A DNA stretch of 60,773 nt, counting the filler. It is 5 parts of 5 records of this genome, joined end to end, with 100 filler letters (N's around TTAATTAATTAA, not from the genome) between each part and the next. Parts side by side here need not be neighbours in the genome. Positions count along the whole stretch, not along the records: positions 36,362 to 53,280 come from SRR31156797_9349; positions 53,381 to 60,773 come from SRR31156797_9353; 3 more parts are not named here. One strand, given 5' to 3'. Positions within the stretch are counted from its first letter, which is position 1, and every line of letters begins with the position of its first letter. Positions 49,141-58,542 of this stretch are shown piece by piece. A program made the position numbers and the translations under genes. Below the pieces are notes generated by a model. The model saw only the letters and a list, made by a program, of their open reading frames with translations, was not told the origin of the DNA and made no database searches.

Positions 49141-51147
49141 TTATTGAATCTCGATACTATATTTTAAATCAAGTTGAGAGCTAAAATTTTTAGCAAAACC
49201 TAAAGCTATTCCCTGAATTGTATAATCAACTCCAGCTTCACTTTGACTAACGCTTTTCACTGGATAGATATAGATATCCATACATTGGTCAAACTGAAAA
49301 GATATCGTTTGGTTCAAAGATTGGTCAATAATTGTTAGCTGAGAGTTTTCAAGTTGAAGCGTATCTGAAATATTGTGTCCATTGAAAGTTAAAACCTCAT
49401 AATCTTCAAAATGAAAGTTGTATTCAAGTAGATAGTTTAAATGTGAAACCTCTTCAGTTTTTATACTAATAGATGAATCAATTTTATTTTTATCAAATTT
49501 AAAACTTTTTATTATACTTGCATTTTTTTTCGATTCTTTGTAAATACCTCCATCTCTTTTTAGTTTTATAGAATTATGTTTCTCTTCTAGAACATCAAAT
49601 AATTGATTAGCAAAGTCTCCATACTCTTTAAAGCTACAAGCTTTAAAATTCTCTTTTGTAAATTGCCTATCTGTTATATGATCAATTGCAGATTTTTTTA
49701 AATACCAATCTTGAAAAAGTTCAATATCTTCTGTTGTAGAAAGAAGCTCATCATTATGAATTGTTGCAATCTCATCTTCATTCTCTTCTTTTTCTAACTC
49801 ATTTTCATTTTCTTCTACTTTTTTTATCTTGTCATGGTAGCTTTCATGATATCTAGTAAGAGTATTTTGTAAGTTATAATCTATTTTTCTTATATCAAAT
49901 TCTACAATTTGACCTCCAAGTTTTGGGTCAATGATTGTAATTAGTTCAGGAGTATAGTATTTGTATTCTTCATAAGAATCCATATTTATATCATGTTTTG
50001 TATATCCGCTTTCAATACCTAAGATATTTTCACATTTGATTATATATTTGTATGCATTGTCCCTTAGGTTTGGAAGATATATTCCTCCAAAAACCCCATG
50101 CCATAAAACATCATTGCATTGGATTCTATAAAGGTAGTCTTTATATACTTTTGATAGTTCATTTTTTTGTGAAAGCTCTAAAGCTCTTTTATGAATCCAG
50201 TTACTTTCATTGTATTTTATAAAGAAGTTTTTCCAAATTCCACCTCTTATTAGGTATTCTTTATCCATATGTTGATGTACAAGTTCTAAATAATCATTAC
50301 TAAGGTGAGAAAGAGTTGACCATTCTCCCATCTCATGGTAAGAAACAGTTGGAAGATATGATAAAGATATAGCTTTGTTTTTTTGGTGGAACTCTTTATA
50401 TGTAGAGATGTTTATATTTTCATCTTCAATACATTTCTCAAAAAAGTTTTTTAGCCATTGCTTTTCATAAACTTTTTCATAGGTTTTAGGCCAAACCCCA
50501 AACTTCTCTCCATCATCAAAAATAATAGCAGCGTTTTTCCCCTCAACATTTGAAAACTCTTTTAGTTTAGTTATTGTGTTATCAATAGAAGCAAAAGGGA
50601 TTATATATCTAAGGTCTTTGCTTATTGGAAAAAGCGCAATTTTATGGTTACTGTTTTCTGTTAAAAAGTAACCATTTAAATCCTCTTTTTTAAACCCAGA
50701 AGCAATCAAATGATAATCATCTACAATCACATAATCAATTTTGCATTTTTTTAAATCATCAATTATTGAGTCATCCCAGATTCTTTCTGTAAGCCAAAGC
50801 CCTTTAGGTTTTTGATTGAAGTTTTTTTCAATAAAGTCAGATAACATATTTATTTGAGCAACTCTATCACAACTTGGAATAGAAGCTAATATTGGTTCAT
50901 AATACCCACCTGTGAAAAATTCAATTTGTAAACTTAAATCTTGAATTAGTTTAAAAAGAGTTGGGTCATTTTTTTTGATAAATTCAAAAAGCCAACCACT
51001 AAAGTGAACAGAACACTTAAACTGTGGGTATTCTTTAAGAACCTCAAAAAATGGTTTATATGATTTTTCTATAATCTCATATATGACATTATCAAAGTTA
51101 TCTACTGGTTGGTGGCAATGAATACCAAAAAGAAGTTCTGTTTTCAT
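49141..51147 (-). CDS. GH57 alpha-amylase/4-alpha-glucanotransferase
   Basis: HCHQP, GGYYEPIL, GLWLTERIW, DDGEKFGVWP and WHGVFGGIYLP motifs; GAGGA RBS before the ATG at 51147. Confidence 0.93.
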   Translation of the reverse strand: MKTELLFGIHCHQPVDNFDNVIYEIIEKSYKPFFEVLKEYPQFKCSVHFSGWLFEFIKKNDPTLFKLIQDLSLQIEFFTGGYYEPILASIPSCDRVAQINMLSDFIEKNFNQKPKGLWLTERIWDDSIIDDLKKCKIDYVIVDDYHLIASGFKKEDLNGYFLTENSNHKIALFPISKDLRYIIPFASIDNTITKLKEFSNVEGKNAAIIFDDGEKFGVWPKTYEKVYEKQWLKNFFEKCIEDENINISTYKEFHQKNKAISLSYLPTVSYHEMGEWSTLSHLSNDYLELVHQHMDKEYLIRGGIWKNFFIKYNESNWIHKRALELSQKNELSKVYKDYLYRIQCNDVLWHGVFGGIYLPNLRDNAYKYIIKCENILGIESGYTKHDINMDSYEEYKYYTPELITIIDPKLGGQIVEFDIRKIDYNLQNTLTRYHESYHDKIKKVEENENELEKEENEDEIATIHNDELLSTTEDIELFQDWYLKKSAIDHITDRQFTKENFKACSFKEYGDFANQLFDVLEEKHNSIKLKRDGGIYKESKKNASIIKSFKFDKNKIDSSISIKTEEVSHLNYLLEYNFHFEDYEVLTFNGHNISDTLQLENSQLTIIDQSLNQTISFQFDQCMDIYIYPVKSVSQSEAGVDYTIQGIALGFAKNFSSQLDLKYSIEIQ

Positions 51148-51337
51148 ACACATATCCTCAAAATTTTTAAAAAACAAATAATTTATATCTATATTTTATT
51201 TTACTTAAATATAATAGTCTTACACATTTACAAATTGATTACATAATATACTTTTGGAATTATTATGTAATTAAACTGATGTATTATAATATAAATATTT
51301 TGATTATATATCAAAAAAAATATCAAAGGAAAAAATA

Positions 51338-52333
51338 ATGGCACTAAAAGTAGCAATCAACGGGACAGGTAGAATTGGTTTAATTGCAGCAAAGATAATT
51401 GCTCAAAGAAGTGATATAGAATTAGTAGCTTTAAATACTACAAGTGATTTAGATATGTTGATTTACTTACTTAAATATGATAGTGTTCATTTGGGAGTTG
51501 AAGCTGAAATAGTTGATGAAAATCATATCTTAATAAATGGTTGCAAAGTTAGAGTGTTTTCAGATAGAGACCCAAATAATATTGACTTTGGTGGTTGTGG
51601 AGCAACTGTTGTTATTGAATGTACAGGAGCATTTTTAACAACTGAAAAATGTAAAGCATACTTAAAAGGCGGAGTTGAAAAAGTTGTAATGAGTGCACCA
51701 GCAAAAGATGATACTCCAACTTTTGTTTTAAATATAAATACTGACAAATACAATGGAGAACAAATCATCTCAAATGCATCTTGTACTACAAATGGATTAG
51801 CTCCAATTTGTAAAGTTTTAGATGATAATTTTGGGATTGAAAACGGTCTTATGACTACAATTCACTCTTACACAAATGACCAAAATATCTTAGATGTAAA
51901 ACATAATAAAGATAAAAGAAGAGCAAGAGCAGCAGCACTAAATATGATTCCAACTACAACAGGAGCAGCAAAAGCTATTGGTTTGGTTATGCCTCATCTA
52001 CAAGGGAAACTAAATGGATACGCAATGAGAGTTCCAACTGCAGATGTTTCAGTTGTGGATTTAACTGTAAACCTTAAAAAAGAGGTTACAAAAGAGGATA
52101 TAAACAAAGCAATGCAGCTTGCAAGTGAATCTGAATTTGATGGCTTTATAGAAGTTGATACAGATAAAAGAGTTTCGAGTGATTTTATAGGTAGTTCTTA
52201 CTCTTCATCTTTTGTTCCTGATATGACATCTGTAGTTGATGGGAAAACAGTAAAAGTTTTAGCTTGGTATGACAATGAGTGGGGATATACAAGTAGACTT
52301 GTTGATATGACACTTTTTGTTGGTCAATACTAA
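51338..52333 (+). CDS. gap: Type I glyceraldehyde-3-phosphate dehydrogenase
   Basis: INGTGRIG, SNASCTTN, IPTTTGAAKA and WYDNEWGY motifs. Confidence 0.97.
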   Translation: MALKVAINGTGRIGLIAAKIIAQRSDIELVALNTTSDLDMLIYLLKYDSVHLGVEAEIVDENHILINGCKVRVFSDRDPNNIDFGGCGATVVIECTGAFLTTEKCKAYLKGGVEKVVMSAPAKDDTPTFVLNINTDKYNGEQIISNASCTTNGLAPICKVLDDNFGIENGLMTTIHSYTNDQNILDVKHNKDKRRARAAALNMIPTTTGAAKAIGLVMPHLQGKLNGYAMRVPTADVSVVDLTVNLKKEVTKEDINKAMQLASESEFDGFIEVDTDKRVSSDFIGSSYSSSFVPDMTSVVDGKTVKVLAWYDNEWGYTSRLVDMTLFVGQY

Positions 52334-52349
52334 TAGAAGGATAAATTGC

Positions 52350-53280
52350 ATGTCTATAGCGATTATGACTTCTGGTGGTGATTGTGCAGGGATGAATCCT
52401 GCTATAAAACAATTTGTTGATTACTGCTATACAAAAGATGTTCAACCTTATTTGATTTATGATGGATTAGAGGGTTTAATTGATGGTGATATTAAACTTG
52501 CAACTTATGAAGATGTTGCGGGGATTATGCATGAAGGTGGAACAAAAATAAGATCTTCTAGGTCAAAAAGATTTTTTGAATACGAATATAGAAAAATTGC
52601 CTATGAAAACTTAAAAAAACACGATATTGATAAGATTGTAATCCTTGGAGGAGATGGTTCTTTTAGAGCATTAAACCAGTTTTATAAAGATTTTGGAGTG
52701 CATTTTATAGGAGTCCCTGCAACAATAGATAATGATATTTTTGGAACACAATATTGTTTAGGTGTTGATACAGCATTAAATATAATAAGAGAAGCAACAG
52801 ATGCCATTAGAGATACATCTGCTTCTTTTAAAAGAGCTTGTGTGATAGAGACTATGGGGAGAGATTGTGGATATTTGGCATTAGTTTCTGCAATTACTTG
52901 TGGTGCTGAGGTTTGTATTATACCTGAGCTTGAATACGATTTAGAAGCAATTGGAAAAAGATTAAAACAAGAGCTTGTAGATGGAAGAAAATACATTGTA
53001 TGTGTTGTAGCAGAAGGTTGTAACAGTACAAAATGCACTTCAACTTCAGAACTTGTAAAATGGTTTGAAGAAGAAATAGGTATAGAAACAAGGGCAACTA
53101 TTTTAGGGCATGTTCAAAGGGGAGGAAATCCAACTGTTTTTGACAGGCTTATGGCTTCTGAATTTGTAACCTATGCCATTGACAAATTATTAGATGAGCA
53201 TGAAGGTGGAAATGTAATTGTTTACAATAACAACAAGTTTGATTTTGTATCAATTGATTATGTAAATTCACAAAAATATG
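52350..53280 (+). CDS. pfkA: ATP-dependent 6-phosphofructokinase (3' partial)
   Basis: TSGGD, GGDGS, PATIDND, ETMGR and LGHVQRGG motifs. Confidence 0.95.
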
Positions 53281-53380
53281 NNNNNNNNNNNNNNNNNNNN
53301 NNNNNNNNNNNNNNNNNNNNNNNNTTAATTAATTAANNNNNNNNNNNNNNNNNNNNNNNNNNNNNNNNNNNNNNNNNNNN
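53281..53380. other. Artificial contig spacer
   Basis: N44-TTAATTAATTAA-N44. Confidence 0.99.
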
Positions 53381-53408
53381 TGTAGCCTGCGATAAAAAGA
53401 GCAAAAGA

Positions 53409-53442
53409 AACCCCAGCAAGCTTGATTTAGCTTACTGGGGTT
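53409..53442 (-). terminator. Terminator downstream of the immunity gene
   Basis: AACCCCAGCAAGCT...AGCTTACTGGGGTT stem, followed by a T-rich run on the minus strand. Confidence 0.75.
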
Positions 53443-53463
53443 GAGTTAATATTTTTAAGCTAT

Positions 53464-53907
53464 TTAAATTCCGAAGTGAAGAATAATCATATCTTCTTTT
53501 AGTGCTTTTTCACATAAGTCTATTAACTGACCTAATACAGATAATAGAAACCTTTTTTTTATTTCAATTTTCTCATATCCTTCTTCATCTTTTTCTTGAA
53601 AATACGAGCCTCTTAATTCAATATTTTCACCGCCATTTTCAAACAAGAGTTTCCAAGCAGTTATTATATTTTTAAATTTTTTAATATTGGAATTTTCAAG
53701 TTTTGAAATCCCATAATAATCAAATCCTAAAATGATTTTGTTGTTAATTGGACTTGATGTTGTAAGCCATTTTAGTGAATCATCGATGTAAAGTATTAAT
53801 TCGTCATCAATTTCTATTTGTTCTATAACATATTTATCTAATTCAGAAAAAGTAACACCTTTAATTTCATTTTTTGAAACTAAAGAAAAAGTATGCTTTA
53901 GACTCAT
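53464..53907 (-). CDS. Putative immunity protein for the Rhs toxin
   Basis: Acidic 147-aa ORF immediately downstream of the toxin; strong GGAGGT RBS; ends in ILHFGI. Confidence 0.7.
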   Translation of the reverse strand: MSLKHTFSLVSKNEIKGVTFSELDKYVIEQIEIDDELILYIDDSLKWLTTSSPINNKIILGFDYYGISKLENSNIKKFKNIITAWKLLFENGGENIELRGSYFQEKDEEGYEKIEIKKRFLLSVLGQLIDLCEKALKEDMIILHFGI

Positions 53908-53916
53908 TTATACCTC

Positions 53917-54690
53917 CTAACGTGTACCGAAGGAAATTATTTTCCCATCACTTGTAATATCTATATATTTACCATTTTTTATATATAGTGTGACTCCTGG
54001 AGTGTTCCCTCTTATATTTCTTATTTTACGAGCACCCTTTAAATTATTTTTAAAACTTTCTGCTTTTCGTAAATATTGTTCAGAGTTTTTAGCCCCAACT
54101 TCTTTTCCGTGTTTTTTATGATGGTAATCTATCGAATCTTCAGAAGAATCAAAACTTCCTTTATCCCAATCATTATCATTTCCACCATTAGCAGACATTG
54201 CTATAATTGAGTTTTTAATAGCTGCTCCTGCACTGTAAACTTGTACACTTTTACTATATGCAATTGCTGGAACTCCTGCAATTGCACTTACTTCAGTAGT
54301 AGAAATAGTTGCTCCACCGAAAGTACCACCTTCACTTAAAACTCCTGCGGTTAAATTTCCTGCTACTTTTCCATTGTAGTAACCTGACTCACTATCTAGT
54401 GAATCCTTGTTTTCAAGTGCATTACTACCACCAAAAGTTAAACTTTCAGCAATTCCACTAAAGAATCCTTTTACTTTATCAACAAAACTGTGTCCACTAG
54501 GGTCAACATACCTAATCGGATTACCTGCACAATATGCATATAGATTCAATGATAATGGATTGGTGATTTCACCCTTGTAACTATCCTCGGTTATGAACCT
54601 TCTAATAGTAGGATTATAGTATCTTGCTATTAGGTAGTAGAATCCTATTTTATCATCTTGATACTCACCTGAATAATTAAAATGATTTTG
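53917..54690 (-). pseudogene. Orphan Rhs core fragment with C-terminal toxin domain (probable nuclease)
   Basis: YSGEYQD..GFYYLIARYYNP..RFITEDS..NLYAYCAGNPIRYVDPSGH core followed by a basic CT (HHKKHGKE...YLRKA...DGKIISFG); no in-frame ATG upstream of the core. Confidence 0.8.
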
Positions 54691-55005
54691 AAATATTCTA
54701 AACCCTACTTTTAATTTTAGAATACTTCCATTATACCAGAATGGAAACTAATTATAAAACAAAATTCAAATATAAACTTAACTTTTTTCTTCAAAAGTGA
54801 AGCTTTTGTAATATGTTTCGTTTTACCCAAGATCCGTACTTTCCCTTTATTAAGGTGGTACCCGCAGAAAATTTTTGAATTGTAAAATTTCACCTAGGAG
54901 GAAAGATAGAAAGGGGTGGTTTTATCTCCGAAAATATGATAGATTATAATCTAGAAATAGAAACTAATTAAAACCTATATAGTTAACGATAATTAAGGAG
55001 TAAAA

Positions 55006-55977
55006 ATGACAGATAAAACATCAAATTTTTTTCAAAGAAGTATAGTTGTATTTGTATTAGCACTAACAAGTTGTGCCCTATGGGGAAGTGCCTTTCCAAC
55101 TATTAAAATAGGCTATAGATTATTTGAGATTCCAGCCGGGAAGTATGCGACTCAAATTATGTTTGCAGGAATTCGGTTTACAATATCCGGAGTGATGGTA
55201 ATTCTAATAGGAAGCTTATTGTATAAGAAACTAGTCATTCCTACAAATAAAGAGCAGTGGAAACAAGCAGTTATATTAAGCTCTTTCCAAACTGTATTGC
55301 AATACATATTTTTTTATGTGGGTTTAGCCAATACCAGTGGAGTAAAGGCTGCTATTATTCAAGGTTCAAATGTATTTGTTGCGCTGTTAATCACTTGCTT
55401 GATATTCAAGATGGAGATATTGAGCAGTAAAAAAATATTGGGCTGCGTAATAGGTTTTGTGGGAGTTGTAATAGCAAACTTAGCTAAAGGATCAGCACTT
55501 GATTTTAATTTTTCACTAATAGGTGAGGGCTTTATATTTGGAGCAACTCTTTGTTATGCTCTATCATCTATTATGATGAAAAGATATTCGAAAAAGACAG
55601 ATCAGTTTTTATTAGTAGGCTATCAATTCTTTATAGGTGGCTTAATAATGATAGTGATAGGATTGGTTCTGGGAGCGGATAAGATAAACTTAAGTGGTTC
55701 GAAGATGTTTATACTTCTATATCTGGGGTTTCTTTCAGCTGGTGCTTATACTCTCTGGAGTACATTACTGAAATATAATCCGATATCTAAAATTGCAATT
55801 TTTGGTTTTACTGTTCCAATGTTTGGAGTACTGTTTTCAACACTTTTCCTCAAAGGTGAAAGTGCGATTTTTAACAGTAAAATGTTATTTGCATTGATTC
55901 TGGTTTGTGTAGGGATAATAGTTCTTAACTCAAATTTTGAGTTAAGAAAAAAAGAGAAAATATCAATTAAAAATTGA
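55006..55977 (+). CDS. DMT/EamA family transporter
   Basis: About 10 TM helices; LWGSAFP and FAGIRF motifs. Confidence 0.9.
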   Translation: MTDKTSNFFQRSIVVFVLALTSCALWGSAFPTIKIGYRLFEIPAGKYATQIMFAGIRFTISGVMVILIGSLLYKKLVIPTNKEQWKQAVILSSFQTVLQYIFFYVGLANTSGVKAAIIQGSNVFVALLITCLIFKMEILSSKKILGCVIGFVGVVIANLAKGSALDFNFSLIGEGFIFGATLCYALSSIMMKRYSKKTDQFLLVGYQFFIGGLIMIVIGLVLGADKINLSGSKMFILLYLGFLSAGAYTLWSTLLKYNPISKIAIFGFTVPMFGVLFSTLFLKGESAIFNSKMLFALILVCVGIIVLNSNFELRKKEKISIKN

Positions 55978-55983
55978 AAAAAA

Positions 55984-56071
55984 TAGGGGCGTGCCGGTGG
56001 CACGCCCTGTGTTTATAACTGTTCGAGGCAACAGAGGTTAAACGTAAGTTTCACCATGCCGTCGCTCCTAC
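55984..56071. repeat. GTAG-type REP-like palindromes between convergent genes
   Basis: TAGGGGCGTGCC-GGT-GGCACGCCCT and an inverted half copy GTAGGAGCGACGGC (56058-56071 minus); both GC-rich in an AT-rich contig. Confidence 0.55.
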
Positions 56072-56080
56072 TATTTTATA

Positions 56081-56773
56081 TTAACAATTACAAACTTCTC
56101 GAAGTCCGCACGTACATGTATAACATCCACCTGAACTATCTTTTTTCTTGAAACTCTCTATTTGAATTCTTGATTTGGGAAAATCTGCTTCTGCAAATAG
56201 TTTTCCAACTCCGTCAATAAATCTCTTCGATCCGCAAATATAAAATATCGATTCTTTATTATTATTTATTAGTTCAAAAATATCTTCATCAAAATTATCC
56301 GGCTGAATTGCAATATATTTATTTACAAGTGAAGTAAGTTCATCTTTAAACAGATGTTCCTCCTCTTGAACTTGAGCTATTGTTATATTTAGATTTTCGT
56401 TCGAATGCTCCTTGATTAATGACCTGTATGGAGCTATTCCAACTCCTCCCGATAAGAAAACATAATTTTTCTCATTTTCCATAGGAAATTCCAGTTTCCC
56501 CTCTATATTATAGAGAAAAACAATTTCTCCCTTTTTTAGATCAAGCATAGTGTTCTTAAAAGGACTGTTTGTGTTAGTACGCATAGTAAATTTTATTGCA
56601 CTTTCTGACGGATGTGATGAGAAAGAAAGCACCCTAGTTTCTCTTTCTTCTCCTATAGCTAATACTGATGCGTATTGACCAGCTTTATATTCTATATTAT
56701 TTTTCTCAAATGAAAATGTAAACACATCATCGTATTCATTTTCTTTTTTTATAAATTTTATTCTGTTTAACAT
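56081..56773 (-). CDS. FNR-like FAD/NAD(P)-binding oxidoreductase with Cys-rich tail
   Basis: YKAGQY, RxxS (RVLSFSS), GGVGIAP, YICGS and ESF motifs; tail CYTCTCGLREVCNC. Confidence 0.85.
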   Translation of the reverse strand: MLNRIKFIKKENEYDDVFTFSFEKNNIEYKAGQYASVLAIGEERETRVLSFSSHPSESAIKFTMRTNTNSPFKNTMLDLKKGEIVFLYNIEGKLEFPMENEKNYVFLSGGVGIAPYRSLIKEHSNENLNITIAQVQEEEHLFKDELTSLVNKYIAIQPDNFDEDIFELINNNKESIFYICGSKRFIDGVGKLFAEADFPKSRIQIESFKKKDSSGGCYTCTCGLREVCNC

Positions 56774-56900
56774 TTTCTAAACCTCCATAAATCCTATAAA
56801 TTCCATTTATAAAAGGGGAGTTCTCCCACTCTTTAGTCAAAGAGCTAAGTGGAATTGTTTTTATTTCACGAAGCACAGGGCTAGGACGTGATTTGAGTCT

Positions 56901-57662
56901 TTATATTATTTTGACATTTTTCTCTTTCAAAATATCCAAATATTCAGCTGTAAGATCCCAGTCAGTAACTATCATATCTAATTCTTCTATTTTGGCAAAA
57001 TTATAAGGGCCTTTCGAGAAGAATTTTTCTTTTTCTCCAACATAATATACTTTGGCTGTCATTTGCATCATAGCTTTTTTTAGTGCAGATTCACTGGGAT
57101 AAAAGACACTTAGTAGGTTTCTTTCCATATCTATTCCGGCAGCTCCCATAAATAGTTTATTTGTATTAAGTTTCAGTATAGCATCAAGTGCCAAATCTCC
57201 CATAAACGACCCCTCAGTTTTATGATATACACCGCCGATTCCAATTAACTCAACCTCTACTGTTTTTTGAAGACATGTAAGGATTTCCAGCATATTCGTA
57301 ATCACGGTAATATTTTTAGGTTTTTTCTTAATTTGTTCCGCTAATATTAAGTTAATAGTTGTTTCGTCAAGAAAAAGGACATCGTTTTCCTTAATTTCTT
57401 TATATAGTTTATTTGCTATTGTTTTTTTTCCTTTTATATGTGCTATTTTTCTTTGGTCTAATGATGGGAAATGAGGAATATCATTTCTGATAATTGCACC
57501 ACCATGTGTTCTCTCAAGTTTTCCTTCATCCTCCAGAAGTTTCAAATCCTTTCGGATTATTACTTCACTAACTTCAAACTGTTCACTTAACTCTTTAACT
57601 TTTACCTCTTTTTTATCAAGTAATATATTTAATATCCTAAATCGTCTCTCTTTTGCAAACAT
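56901..57662 (-). CDS. DeoR/GlpR family transcriptional regulator
   Basis: VSEVIIRKDL..LE, RTHGGA, FLD and TVITN motifs. Confidence 0.93.
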   Translation of the reverse strand: MFAKERRFRILNILLDKKEVKVKELSEQFEVSEVIIRKDLKLLEDEGKLERTHGGAIIRNDIPHFPSLDQRKIAHIKGKKTIANKLYKEIKENDVLFLDETTINLILAEQIKKKPKNITVITNMLEILTCLQKTVEVELIGIGGVYHKTEGSFMGDLALDAILKLNTNKLFMGAAGIDMERNLLSVFYPSESALKKAMMQMTAKVYYVGEKEKFFSKGPYNFAKIEELDMIVTDWDLTAEYLDILKEKNVKII

Positions 57663-57707
57663 TTTAACTCCCCATTTCATTGCTTATTGGAGAATTATAA
57701 CATGAAT

Positions 57708-57815
57708 CGAAACTAAATGAAATATAAAACTTGACTTTCGAAACAAAACGGAATATAATTGTGTTGAGTGAAACTAATTGAAACACAAATTAAATAAAAA
57801 TGAAACAAAACGAAA
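57708..57815 (+). promoter_or_regulatory. Sigma70 promoter with four phased DeoR-type operators
   Basis: TTGACT(57731)-17 nt-TATAAT(57754); YGAAACWAAWYGRAA repeats start at 57708, 57739, 57769 and 57801. Confidence 0.75.
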
Positions 57816-57847
57816 TAGATGAGGATACTATAAAGGAGATGGTAAAA

Positions 57848-57982
57848 ATGGAGAAATTAGAAGTTTTATTTATGGAAGCTGCTTTATCTATACTGGTTGT
57901 TTTAGTTACTTTATTACCGAGAATACTTAAAATGATTTTGACAAAAGAAAGGGGAGAGTGTGAAAAGAAAAATGTGTATTAA
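57848..57982 (+). CDS. 44-aa single-TM microprotein
   Basis: AAGGAG RBS; MEKLEVLFMEAALSILVVLVTLLPRILKMILTKERGECEKKNVY. Confidence 0.55.
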   Translation: MEKLEVLFMEAALSILVVLVTLLPRILKMILTKERGECEKKNVY

Positions 57983-58133
57983 TTTGATATCAAAAAATAA
58001 AGAAATTAGAAAAATAGAGATTAAGTTTCCAATGCTTTTAACTAAGTACCGAGTACGGAAATTACTTAAAAATGGTTATGTATTTGAACAAGATAGTGAT
58101 GTTGATATCGCGGTAACATTTAATCTGTATTAA
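57960..58133 (+). CDS. 57-aa basic microprotein
   Basis: AGGGGAG RBS and GTG start; (V)KRKMCINLISKNKEIRKIEIKFPMLLTKYRVRKLLKNGYVFEQDSDVDIAVTFNLY. Confidence 0.55.
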   Translation: MKRKMCINLISKNKEIRKIEIKFPMLLTKYRVRKLLKNGYVFEQDSDVDIAVTFNLY

Positions 58134-58153
58134 TCAGTCAAAGGAGGATAATT

Positions 58154-58534
58154 GTGACAATCGAACATATTGCAATGTGGACAAAGGATTTAGAAAAAAT
58201 CAGAGAGTTTTATATGAAATATTTTGGCGCAAAAAGTAATGATATATATATAAATTCAAAGAAAGGATTTAAATCTTATTTTTTAGAATTTGAAAGCGGA
58301 TGTAGATTAGAAATTATGTCCAGAATAGATATTACGGAAGAATCTAATGATAAACTTATAGGTTTTACTCATTTAGCGTTTTCAACTGGAAGTAAAGAAA
58401 AAGTGGATGAATTAACTGAAATTATAAGAAATGATGGATATATAGTTACTGGAGAACCAAGGACAACAGGAGATGGATATTACGAAAGTGTAATTCTTGA
58501 TCCGGAGAAGAATAAAATTGAGATAACGGAGTAG
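58154..58534 (+). CDS. VOC/glyoxalase family protein
   Basis: IEHIAMW..DLE, RLEIM, HLAFS and PRTTGDGYYESVILDPE motifs. Confidence 0.92.
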   Translation: MTIEHIAMWTKDLEKIREFYMKYFGAKSNDIYINSKKGFKSYFLEFESGCRLEIMSRIDITEESNDKLIGFTHLAFSTGSKEKVDELTEIIRNDGYIVTGEPRTTGDGYYESVILDPEKNKIEITE

Positions 58535-58542
58535 GTGAGTTT

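Noticed and set aside
51300-51314. FNR/CRP box upstream of gap (TTGAT-TATAT-ATCAA)
   Set aside because: The spacer is 5 nt instead of 4, and the AT-rich context makes a chance match likely.
54852-54866. T-box antiterminator-like AAGGTGGTACC
   Set aside because: No recognisable Stem I or following terminator, and a separate -10-like TATAAT lies downstream before the EamA gene.
56811-56830. yybP-ykoY riboswitch-like AAAGGGGAGT
   Set aside because: It is on the strand with no downstream gene, and the rest of the consensus is missing.
57708-57815. Mini CRISPR array
   Set aside because: The repeats are 15 nt and degenerate, with spacers of about 16 nt, they overlap a promoter, and no cas genes are present. 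No CRISPR array was seen anywhere in the window.
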